From positions 1 through 35,579 of the forward strand of contig JAYODI010000062.1 in NCBI GenBank assembly GCA_038279365.1: 35,579 nucleotides of DNA, written 5' to 3'. Below the pieces are notes generated by a model. It made no database searches and was not told the origin of the DNA. It worked only from the letters and a program-made list of their open reading frames with translations. Both the position numbers and the translations under genes were made by a program. Shown here one piece after another: positions 17,866 to 27,700 of this stretch. Position 1 is the stretch's first letter. The number at the start of each line of letters is the position of its first letter. This DNA is from Candidatus Latescibacterota bacterium. Its GTDB lineage: Bacteria > Latescibacterota > UBA2968.

Positions 17866-17959
17866 AATGTGAGGGGCACCACCCTTGCATTGTCGTTACT
17901 GATTGTTAACATCATCTAAAACCGATGGTTGGAGAGCCTACGGTTTTGTGAGTGAGGTT

Positions 17960-18994
17960 ATGAAACTTTACATGTGGATGTTTTTGGGGTTGTTGATGCC
18001 TCAAGTGGCTTGGGGTGCAACGGCCAACATCACCAAGGTGGAATCCAAGCGGGTGGTTATCGACATTGGATCTGCGCGTGGTGTCATTGTGGGCATGAAG
18101 GCCGATGTGCTCACCAGTGCTGGGCAAATCGTTCACCCTGTAACGGGTGAAGATTATGGCAATCGCCGGGTCAAAATAGGTGAAATAGAGATTCAATCTG
18201 TCAATGTTGAGTCTGCGGTCGGGCGCATTGTAGCGGCATATGGTCCTATCAGCGTGGGCGATATTGCCGATGGTTTGGTGGTCATTCCATCCGAGCAAGA
18301 GCGTATGCAGATGGATATTGACGAAGCGCGCTCAGAAATCAAGTCTTTGGCCCGCAGTTTGGCCGATGAAATCAAAGGCAACCAAAAGGCCATTGATGGC
18401 CTACGCCGCGATTTGCAACGCGTGGGCAGCTCTGAACAGCGTTTGCGGCAAGTGATGAATGCCGTACAAAACATGCGAGAACGCATGGTGGTTTTTGAAA
18501 ACCGCATAGCGACTATGGAACAACAACAAAAGGTGATGATCGCCCAAGATTCATCGGAAGTGTCAGTTAAAGATCAAGTGTTGGAAATGGAACAAAGAAT
18601 CAAGGTTATTGAGACACAGCAAAAAGAATTAGAAGCGATGTCTATGAAGATGGCGACCATGCCAGATTCCATGCAGGGAAAATCTGCAATGCAACAAGGT
18701 GTGCAGGCATCTGCCGAAAGTGATAATTTGGATGCTTTGTTTCCTGAAGAAGAGGTGCCTGAAACACCTTGGTATTTGGCTTGGTGGTTTTTGGCCATCA
18801 TTTTTGCAGTTATTGGTTTGGCCGTTGGGGCGGCGATTTTGATGCTCAAGAAAAAGAAAACACAAGGCGCAACAGGTGAATCGGTAGGAGGGGTGATGGA
18901 CGAATCTGGATTTGAAGAAGTGGAAACAGATGATTTGATGGACGATTTGCCTGATGATTTGCCCGAACTTGAAACCGCGGATGACGAAACCTGA
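17960..18994 (+). CDS. Hypothetical type-I membrane protein: signal peptide, FlgT_C-like beta domain, long coiled coil, TM helix, acidic tail
   Basis: GAGGT RBS before ATG 17960; VVIDIGSARGVIVG...HPVTGE...IGEIEI; heptad-like E/Q/R/K region; WYLAWWFLAIIFAVIGLAVGAAILML followed by KKKK. Confidence 0.8.
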   Translation: MKLYMWMFLGLLMPQVAWGATANITKVESKRVVIDIGSARGVIVGMKADVLTSAGQIVHPVTGEDYGNRRVKIGEIEIQSVNVESAVGRIVAAYGPISVGDIADGLVVIPSEQERMQMDIDEARSEIKSLARSLADEIKGNQKAIDGLRRDLQRVGSSEQRLRQVMNAVQNMRERMVVFENRIATMEQQQKVMIAQDSSEVSVKDQVLEMEQRIKVIETQQKELEAMSMKMATMPDSMQGKSAMQQGVQASAESDNLDALFPEEEVPETPWYLAWWFLAIIFAVIGLAVGAAILMLKKKKTQGATGESVGGVMDESGFEEVETDDLMDDLPDDLPELETADDET

Positions 18995-19008
18995 ACGGAG
19001 TGATGACC

Positions 19009-20448
19009 ATGCGTTTGTTATATGGATTGATTTGTTTGTGCTTTGCGCTGGCACCTGCTTTTGCTCAGGATACAGGCTATGTGTTGCAGGTGGCTGGGCG
19101 GTTGGTTTTTGTTGATAAGGGCGAACAAGACAATATGCGCCCTGGTGATTTTTTACAAATTATTCGTCAAGAAATCATCAAACACCCCGAAACGGGTGAA
19201 AACTTGGCGGGTGAAGTGGCATTGGGTGTGGTGCGTATTGTTGAGGTCTTCCCTCGTTTGTCAACGGCTGAAGTGGTTGATTTGATGAGAGGGATGGATT
19301 TTGACATGTTAGACAAAGAAGCTCGGCAGGGTTTGATTCGCATTCGTGTGCTTCCGCCTGAAGCAGAAATGATGATATTAGAACGTGTAAAGGCACGTGA
19401 AAGTGGCTTAATGGCTGCCCCAGATCGGTTGAACCCCGATGGGGTTTTACGTCAATTTGTACCTGAAATACGCGTGGGAATAGGGAGTCGGCAAGATGCG
19501 GTTTGGCCAGCCTTTACCTATCAACTGATAGACCAATCTACTATTGGTTCCCGTGTGGGGAAAACGAATTTGGCCCAACCCGATAGTGCATTTGATGGGG
19601 TATTGGATACGGTTTTATTAACATTGGCCGATACCACCAGCACACCACAAGAATTGGAACCATTTGGTGGATCTTTAGAAACACAGATCAATGTGATATA
19701 TCCTTATTCAGAGCGCATAACCTTGTTGGCTGATTTTGGGTTTGGCAATGTTTCAAGGCTCAATATTGGGGCCAAATTTTATTCGTGGAATCTGATTAAG
19801 TTTTTGGGGAGTGGATATACGCCCGACGGACAAGTGGGTACGCCCGTGTTTACATTCAAATTGGGAAAAGCGGGCAAGGGGCCAAGCAAGTTGTCTTCTG
19901 CTGGGTTGGAACAGTTGCAGGTAAAAGCAACCGTTCGGGGCGATTCGATTTATGCTGTAACGGCATTGGATACGGTTTTTACCACAGAATATGTGAATTT
20001 GAGCCAAGCTTTAATTACTCATGTTGATACCCTTTTTAGGGGTAATGTGAGGGATATGTTGCGTGATGTGGCCAACGAAGGCGTCAAATCGCGCAACAAG
20101 AGTGGTTTAGGTTTTTCTTTGGGGATCACTTGGCCCATTACGCGTCATTTTACATTGCATGGCGATTGGACACGGATGGGAAATATTAAGGAATATGGTG
20201 GGAAGCTAACTTATTATATGCGATCTGTTGAAAAAACAGATCCAAGGGTTAACCCCGATGGGCGTATTCGTTCTTTGATCCTGTCGCTAGGTGGGCGATA
20301 TGATACTGGGTCAAAACAAAGTGTTTTAGATTTTGATCTTGTGTTTCCCGTTTTACAACGTTTTACCTTTTCTAGTGTTGTGACCACAGATTTTAATAAA
20401 TTTACCCGTGTGGGACTGGCGTTTAAAACCTATTTAAAAGGATTTTAA
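19009..20448 (+). CDS. Hypothetical exported protein: FlgT_C-like domain plus probable outer-membrane beta-strand region
   Basis: Signal peptide ending AFA-Q; VFVDKG...HPETGE...LGVVRIVEV; amphipathic strands; terminal Phe. Start could be 19000, 19003 or 19009. Confidence 0.75.
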   Translation: MRLLYGLICLCFALAPAFAQDTGYVLQVAGRLVFVDKGEQDNMRPGDFLQIIRQEIIKHPETGENLAGEVALGVVRIVEVFPRLSTAEVVDLMRGMDFDMLDKEARQGLIRIRVLPPEAEMMILERVKARESGLMAAPDRLNPDGVLRQFVPEIRVGIGSRQDAVWPAFTYQLIDQSTIGSRVGKTNLAQPDSAFDGVLDTVLLTLADTTSTPQELEPFGGSLETQINVIYPYSERITLLADFGFGNVSRLNIGAKFYSWNLIKFLGSGYTPDGQVGTPVFTFKLGKAGKGPSKLSSAGLEQLQVKATVRGDSIYAVTALDTVFTTEYVNLSQALITHVDTLFRGNVRDMLRDVANEGVKSRNKSGLGFSLGITWPITRHFTLHGDWTRMGNIKEYGGKLTYYMRSVEKTDPRVNPDGRIRSLILSLGGRYDTGSKQSVLDFDLVFPVLQRFTFSSVVTTDFNKFTRVGLAFKTYLKGF

Positions 20449-20471
20449 ACTGAGAATCAGATGATGAACTT

Positions 20472-20517
20472 TGGGAAGACGGCAGACGCGACCAGATCAT
20501 GCGTTTGCCGTTTCCCA
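20472..20517 (+). repeat. GC-rich hairpin (REP-like or terminator-like) after the 19009-20448 gene
   Basis: TGGGAAGACGGCAGACGC ... GCGTTTGCCGTTTCCCA pair with one bulge and a G-U pair. Confidence 0.6.
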
Positions 20518-20640
20518 TTTGCTGTGACCAATCGGATCAAATCTTATAAGAAAAGATAAACTGGAGAGAACAGTGAGGAAATGTGACAGTCATTTTCTAC
20601 TCTTTCCATTTTGTTTTTTCATTATCTCAGGGGAATTGTT

Positions 20641-22440
20641 ATGCAACGTGGTATTGCGGTGTTGGATTTTGGGGGCCAATATTCTCACCTTATTGCAAAT
20701 CGAATACGCCGATTGAATGTGTATTCTGAAATTTTTGCACCCCATGTGGATCTCTCAGAAATAGAAGGTGCTTGTGGCGTGATTTTTTCGGGAGGCCCTT
20801 CCAGTGTTTACGACCCAAACCAACCTGCATTTAATCCTGCATTAATTGAGTCGGGGCTGCCTACGTTGGGGTTGTGTTATGGACATCAATTGATTTGTAA
20901 ACATTTGGGTGGAGAGGTGGTGGCGGGTGATGTGCGAGAATTTGGCAGCGCCACTTTGGAAATTGTGCCTCATACGGAACTTTTTACCGGATTGAGTGAC
21001 AAAGAAGAAGTATGGATGAGCCATGGAGATGTGGTGGCTCAATTGCCCAAAGGGTTTCGTTCATTGGGCAAAACAGATGATTGTCCTACTGCAGCTGTGG
21101 GAGATGATCAACGCCATATTTATGGTGTGCAATTCCATCCAGAGGTGGCACATACACCCAATGGGATGGTGATGTTGGATAATTTTTTGAATCTATGCCA
21201 GGCTCCTCGTACATGGACAATGGCCAATTATGCCGAAGGGGCAATGGATGCCATTCGACAACAAGTGGGTGATCGCAATGTGTTTTTGTTGGTGTCGGGA
21301 GGGGTGGATTCGAGTGTGGCTTTTGTGCTGTTTAATCAGGCCTTGGGGGCAGAGCGTGTTTTGGGGTTGCACATAGACAATGGATTTATGCGCAAAGCTG
21401 AAACTGCAACGGTAGAAGCATTTTTGAACCGCGAAGGATTTCACAATTTGCAGGTGGAAGATGCCAGCGATGATTTTTTGTTGAGTGTGGAAGGCATGGT
21501 TGAACCTGAGATGAAACGTGCGGCCATTGGCAAAACATTTTTAGATGTAAAGGATAAGGTTTTGGCACGATTGAATCTTGATCCTGACCATTGGTTGCTG
21601 GGGCAAGGAACGCTTTATCCTGACACAATTGAATCGGGTGGCACGGAACATGCAGCATTGATTAAAACACACCACAATCGCATTGATCTTATTGAAGAGC
21701 TCATTGCTCAAGGTAAGGTGATTGAGCCATTGGCTCAACTTTATAAAGACGAGGTGCGTGATTTGGGCACCGAGTTGGGGTTGCCTCACAATTTGGTGTG
21801 GCGGCATCCTTTTCCTGGGCCGGGGTTGGCGGTGCGATGTTTGTGTTCTGATGGTGTGGTTTTGGATGAAGATTTGGGGCCTGCCCAAGAAAAGGCTTCA
21901 CAACTTGCAGAAAATATGGGATTGCAGTTGCGCATTTTGCCCGTTAAGAGTGTGGGCGTTCAGGGTGATTATCGCACCTATGCACACCCGGCTGTGGTGT
22001 GGGGGCAAGCCAATTGGGATATCTTAGAGGATGTGTCTACGCGCATTACCAATTCGATTCGAGAAATAAACCGCGTGTTGTATCTCATTACGCCAGATAC
22101 TTTGCCCGAGTTGAATTTGAAACGCGCTTTTTTAACCCGTTCGCGTTTGGATTTGTTGCGTGAGGCAGATGCCATTGCGATGAAGGCTTTGTTGGATGCC
22201 GGTTTGATGGCTGATGTGTCTCAAATGCCCACGGTGTTGCTGCCTTTAAGTACAGATGGGCAAACTGAATCGGTGGTTTTGCGCCCTATTACCACGCCAG
22301 ACTTTATGACGGCACGTTTTTCCGAATTGCCATTTGAACTTGTGGCCCAAATGGGTCGCGATATTCTGGCGTTGGGTGGTATCAATGCTGTTTTTTACGA
22401 TGTGACCCACAAACCGCCAGGGACTGTGGAATGGGAGTAA
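20641..22440 (+). CDS. guaA: GMP synthase (glutamine-hydrolysing), long form
   Basis: LDFGGQY, SGGPSSV, LGLCYG, WMSHGD, QFHPE, SGGVDS, QGTLYPDTIES, IKTHHN, RHPFPGPGL, KPPGTVEWE. Confidence 0.97.
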   Translation: MQRGIAVLDFGGQYSHLIANRIRRLNVYSEIFAPHVDLSEIEGACGVIFSGGPSSVYDPNQPAFNPALIESGLPTLGLCYGHQLICKHLGGEVVAGDVREFGSATLEIVPHTELFTGLSDKEEVWMSHGDVVAQLPKGFRSLGKTDDCPTAAVGDDQRHIYGVQFHPEVAHTPNGMVMLDNFLNLCQAPRTWTMANYAEGAMDAIRQQVGDRNVFLLVSGGVDSSVAFVLFNQALGAERVLGLHIDNGFMRKAETATVEAFLNREGFHNLQVEDASDDFLLSVEGMVEPEMKRAAIGKTFLDVKDKVLARLNLDPDHWLLGQGTLYPDTIESGGTEHAALIKTHHNRIDLIEELIAQGKVIEPLAQLYKDEVRDLGTELGLPHNLVWRHPFPGPGLAVRCLCSDGVVLDEDLGPAQEKASQLAENMGLQLRILPVKSVGVQGDYRTYAHPAVVWGQANWDILEDVSTRITNSIREINRVLYLITPDTLPELNLKRAFLTRSRLDLLREADAIAMKALLDAGLMADVSQMPTVLLPLSTDGQTESVVLRPITTPDFMTARFSELPFELVAQMGRDILALGGINAVFYDVTHKPPGTVEWE

Positions 22441-22444
22441 ATAC

Positions 22445-24736
22445 GTGAGTGTTGTATCTCATATTGCTTCTGTGGTTTTTGTGATGGTGTTGCCCATGCA
22501 TATTTGGGCGGCCTCTGCACTGGTATTTACGCCTGTCTCAATTCAATTTGATTCGGTGGGTGTTGGGCAGCAAGACAGTACTGTTTTGACCATAAAGAAT
22601 ACGGGGCGTGAACGCCTGTCGGTTTTGGGGGGTAAATTGGCCCTAAAAGATGCGTCGGCGTTTTCGGTCAAGATAGACACACTACAGTTAAACGTTGGAG
22701 ACAGTGTGCAGGTCATCGTGCGTTTTGAGCCCATAGCGGGTGGTGAACAAGCCGATGTGTTGACAGTTGAGGCACGTGCATTGTCTCAGGCATCTGTAGA
22801 GCGATTTCTTGTTCAATTGGCAGGTAAAGCAGTGGGGGCAGAAATTGATGTGTCGCCATCTGTTTTGTCATTTGCCAGTTCTGGGCTGGGTGTATCGGTT
22901 ACACAAAATATATCGGTTAAAAACTGGGGAAACGACTCATTACGCGTTGCACGCATCTTTGCACAAGATGTCAGATTTGTTGTGGATGCCAACACGTTTG
23001 TGGTTGGCCCCAATAAAGAGCGCGTTGTTAAAGTGACCTATACACCCGATAGCATTCAAGCCCAACATGATACGCTGTGCATTGTCAGCAATGATTTTGA
23101 TGAAGATACGCTCAAGGTTGTATTAGATGCACAGGCCACACCACAGCAAGTGGGGGTTGCGCGTGTGTCACTTGCAAAAAATGGTGCCACATTTCCTCAA
23201 GTCGGAGATACGGTTTCGGTGGCCATGACGTTGGTACCCAATGGTGCCAGTATTGCAGGTGTGGAGCTGTTTTTTGGGTATGATCCCGTTTATTTTACCG
23301 TTGCAAATGCAGGTGCACCCTTTGTGCTTACTGGATATTCAGAAAGCCAGTTAAAAGTGTTGTCCAATGCAATTGTATCACAAACCAATGCACTTGTAGT
23401 GACCCATCTTTCGGGTTTGGGGGCGGCTTCTGACTCTATTACGACAAATGGTCTTTTGACACAGATTGATCTTATTGTAAAAGCCCCTTTGATAGAAGCA
23501 ACGCGCTTACGGGTGTTGGTTGAATCTCCTTTGTTCAATTCACAATTTATAACGCCTTCTGGCTTGGCTTTTACCATGCCTGGTTCCAATTCGGTGGGCT
23601 TGGGCAACACCCCCCCCACTTTGCGCCCGTTTCCGCCTTTAAAGATGTCTGAAGATGTGGCTGCCACATTGGGGCTGCGTTCTTTGGCCTCCGATGCTGA
23701 ATCGGGTCCAAATGAGTTGCAATGGTCTTTTCATGATCCCGACAGTTTGATTTTGGTTTCTATTTCAACCCCAGATACGGCATTGGGTTATATTGCTCGT
23801 TTTTTCCCTCCCGAAAATTTATCGGGTACTTTTACGGTTATGGCCAAGGTTTCAGATCCTGCAGGTGCCGCAGACAGTTCTGTGTTGGTTGTTGATGTAA
23901 CGGCTGTAAATGATCAGCCCAGCATACCCGCTGAGATTCGGCCAGGCAACGAGGCAACGGGGGTGTCTTCTCCGGTTACTTTGCAATGGCGTGCGAGTGA
24001 CCCCGATGTTGAAGACGTGCTTGTTTATGATGTTTCCTTTGGATTAAACGAACTTTTTCTCGAGTTGGTGGCAGAAGGTATTTCGGACAGCGCTTATACC
24101 ATCGAAACCAATTTGCTTGTTGATACCAATTATTATTGGCAAGTGGTTGCCCGTGATCTGGCAGGAGAAGAACGTTCGGGTCCAATATGGACGTTTACGA
24201 CAGAGTCTGATTTGGTGGCGCCTATTTTTTTAGGTGGCCCAGAAATTGTCGAGGTTTCCGATTCGACGGCATCGGTTTTTTGGTCTGTAGACGAGCCTGT
24301 TTCTGCGCGCATCGTATTGGGTGTCAGTGCCAATCTTTCAGATTCGTTGGCTTTTGACCCGGTGGTGGTAGACGCACAGTCTCGGTTGCGGACACAAGAA
24401 ATTGATGGTTTGACACCTGGTACGCAGTATTATCTTCAAATTACTTTAAGAGATGCAGCAGGAAACCCATTGGTAAGTGATATTTTAGGTGTGATGACCA
24501 CAGGTGAAAATGTGGTTGTTCCCGTTATTAGGGATATGGGTGATTTTACGGGTGATCGATTGGTGAACTTTGAAGACTTTGTGATATTTGCCGCTGTTTT
24601 TAATCGGCCAATTGGTAGTATTGAATATATACCCAATGCAGATTTTAACAGCAATGGTGTGATCAATTTTGAAGATTTTGTCGTGTTCGCAGGTGTTTTT
24701 GGAAACAATTATGCCACGGGAAAACCCACAAACTGA
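22445..24736 (+). CDS. Secreted modular protein: 2x ASH-like Ig, cohesin-like, cadherin-like Ig, 2x FN3-like, C-terminal dockerin-like
   Basis: IKNTG / VKNWG Ig repeats; VGDTVSVAM...IAGVELFFGYDP; NTPP..SED..VNDQP; YYWQVVARD; GLTPGTQYY; DFTGDRLVNFEDF / DFNSNGVINFEDF. Confidence 0.8.
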   Translation: MSVVSHIASVVFVMVLPMHIWAASALVFTPVSIQFDSVGVGQQDSTVLTIKNTGRERLSVLGGKLALKDASAFSVKIDTLQLNVGDSVQVIVRFEPIAGGEQADVLTVEARALSQASVERFLVQLAGKAVGAEIDVSPSVLSFASSGLGVSVTQNISVKNWGNDSLRVARIFAQDVRFVVDANTFVVGPNKERVVKVTYTPDSIQAQHDTLCIVSNDFDEDTLKVVLDAQATPQQVGVARVSLAKNGATFPQVGDTVSVAMTLVPNGASIAGVELFFGYDPVYFTVANAGAPFVLTGYSESQLKVLSNAIVSQTNALVVTHLSGLGAASDSITTNGLLTQIDLIVKAPLIEATRLRVLVESPLFNSQFITPSGLAFTMPGSNSVGLGNTPPTLRPFPPLKMSEDVAATLGLRSLASDAESGPNELQWSFHDPDSLILVSISTPDTALGYIARFFPPENLSGTFTVMAKVSDPAGAADSSVLVVDVTAVNDQPSIPAEIRPGNEATGVSSPVTLQWRASDPDVEDVLVYDVSFGLNELFLELVAEGISDSAYTIETNLLVDTNYYWQVVARDLAGEERSGPIWTFTTESDLVAPIFLGGPEIVEVSDSTASVFWSVDEPVSARIVLGVSANLSDSLAFDPVVVDAQSRLRTQEIDGLTPGTQYYLQITLRDAAGNPLVSDILGVMTTGENVVVPVIRDMGDFTGDRLVNFEDFVIFAAVFNRPIGSIEYIPNADFNSNGVINFEDFVVFAGVFGNNYATGKPTN

Positions 24737-24749
24737 TGTGGTCTGTCTT

Positions 24750-27700
24750 ATGAAGAAAAAAAATTATATATGGCACTGTCTCATTGGGCTGATGTTGATG
24801 ATGCCTTCATCGGCTATGGGGCAGATCGATACCACAAATGTGTGGTTTTCAAATGGGCCCACTGGGTTGTTAATTGTACCTGCTGTTGTGATCAATCCAA
24901 CCTTTCCCGATACGATTTATGCGGGTTCTTTGGGGGGCACGGTTTCACGCAGTGTGAACCGAGGCAGTTCATGGACGACAGTAGGGGCCAGTATTGCCGA
25001 TTCTATTTTGGCCCTGGCCATTGCAAGAAGCAATACGGCAGTGATTTATGCCGGAACGCTCAGTCGTGGGGTTTATAAATCAACTGATCATGGTGTAACG
25101 TGGGCGGCCACAGGATTAACTGGGGTGCAGGTTTCAGCAATTGCCATAGACCCCAATGATATGAACAAAGTTTATGCAGGAACACGCGATAGTTTGGTGA
25201 AATCTTCTAATGGTGGAACCAGTTGGGCCAAGGCCAACTTAGACAGTGTGAACGTAAGGGCCATCGCCATGGATCCACTTATGCCCGATACTGTTTATGT
25301 GGGAACCACAGGACGTGGGCTTTATCGGTCTTTTAACGATGGAACAACTTGGGCAAGTGTGAACACGGGGTTGCCAACCAATAATGTTTCTGAAATAAAT
25401 GTGCATCCAACACAATCCGATACCTTGTATCTGGCGACTACGAGTGGGGTTTTTAAAAGCACAAACGGTGGCAATTCATGGCAATCGGCAAACAATGGCA
25501 TCACGGCGCTGGATATGATCAGTTTGCAAATTGCACCCAGTGAAACCAATGTGATTTATGCCGGTTCTTCAACTGGTCAAGTATTTAAGTCTACCGACCA
25601 CGCAGGAATTTGGTCTGATATTTCGCGAAACTTAAATTATGGCATTCCCGTTTCGGCAATTGCAATAGCACCAGACAGCTCCAATGTGGTGTATGTGGGT
25701 ACTGGGCCATTGACCAATTTGGGGGTGCAGCGTTTAAAACAAACCGGATTGGGAGGGATCACAACCATTACCACAGGACTTGCACCCGAAATGGTTGCAA
25801 CGGGTGATCTGAATCGTGATGGTGTGACCGATTTGGTGGTTGCAAATGGTGGGGAAAATGACCTGTCTGTATTTTTGACGAGTTCTTTGGGGTCGATATT
25901 AACGCGCAGAGATTTTATTGTGGGCAGTGGACCCGTGATGGTTCGGGTGGGTGATTTGGATGGGGATCGAGATTTGGATTTGGTGGCCGCCAACCATATC
26001 AAGCGCACCGTGTCGGTATTGCTCAATGACAGCACTGGGGTATTTGGTTCGCCCAGAGAGTTATTTGTGGGGGCACCCGTGCGTGTTTTGGCCTTGGCAG
26101 ACTTTGACCGCGATGGGGATGTCGATATTGCGGTGGCAGAAGGCAATTCAGGTACCATATTGATTTATCGCAACGATGGTGCGGCCAGTTTTGAGGCCCC
26201 AGAAACGATTTCTACCATCAATGGCATTTCCGATTTAATTGCTGTTGATTTGAATGGAGATGGCATTCCTGATCTGGCGGCGATTAGTCAGGCTCAAAAC
26301 CGATTGGTGTTGCTTACAAATTCGGGCAATGCAACATTTCAAACTTATTTGGGAAATTCATTTGGTTTGCGCCCCGCACATCTTGTTTCTGGAGACTTTG
26401 ATATAGATGGAGATGTGGATTTGGCTTTGTCAAATGCCAACAATCAAGTATCTGTGTTTATGAATAACAATGGGTTTCAAGCCACCGTGCCAATTCATTA
26501 TGGTTTGCCCGATACTGCTTCTGGGCTTGTGGTGGCCGATGTCGATTTGGATCGTTATCCAGATTTGGTTGTGCCTACGAGAAATGGGCGTGTTGCGGCT
26601 TTGGTGAATGATGGCAATGGGGCTTTTTTGACCACGTTGAGCTTTGGTAATATTTCATCGGTAGGGCGTGTTGCTGTTGCCGATTTGAACTCCGATAGCC
26701 AGTTGGATATCTTGGTGTCCAATCCTTCTAACAATGCTTTAACCATTTTTTCCAATACGGTTGCAACATCCATTAAAGCTCCTGCGCCCCCTATTGGGGT
26801 TGGTGCCACAGATGCACAAGGTGATTTGGGTGGCAACACACGGCTTACCTGGAAACGGCCACGTATAGATGAAGGCACAGGACGCGCAGTTGCCTATCGC
26901 ATTATGCGGGCATTAAGCCGAACGGGTACCTATTCACAAATTGCCCGTGTTGATACATCGGCAACAAAAGGGATTGACAGCACGTTTGTGTTTCGCAGTT
27001 ATGTCGATAGCAATGCAACGGTGGGTGTTCCCTATTACTATTATTTGCGCAGTGAAAGCAGTGGTGGGTCGCTATCTGCCTCATCTGATACGGTAACGGC
27101 CACCAGCAAAGCACAACCGTTTTTTGATTTTTCTTTTTCGGACAACAGCCCCTATCATGTGCGTGATACCATTAAGGCGACCATTCGTTTAAATGCTATT
27201 GGGCATGATGTTCAGAGTTTTTCGTTGTTTTTGGGGGTTGATACCACAGCCATAACGCTTTTGGATCAGGACAGCGCGGTTGCAGGATTACAACCTATTG
27301 CCGTAGATACTGGGTTGGCGCAGGCCCGTGTGTTGCAAAATCGAATGGATCCATTGGATCGCAGGAAGATGGATTTTGGGCTGGGTTTTTTGCCGACCTT
27401 AAGTGATTCGACACCTGTGGCTGTTGGTTCATTTCGCATGATTGCAAAAAAAGACACCACCACATTGATTCAGATTTTAAATGACACGTCGGCAGCCCGT
27501 CAGTCGGTTTTAACAAGCCGCAGCGATGGCAGTTTGATTCGGCCATTTGTTTTGCCATCTTCAAAGCTCATTTTTAAAAATCACCGTTTGCGCGGAACGA
27601 TTGCTCTGCAAGGGATGCCAGCAGATGATCGAGACATTGATGTACGCTTGGATTTAACACAAAATACGGCTTTGGGTACCCCCTTAACCACGCCATACAA

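Noticed and set aside
24669-24749. N-terminal extension of the 1374-aa ORF overlapping the previous gene
   Set aside because: A start at ATG 24750 removes the overlap and yields a normal signal peptide
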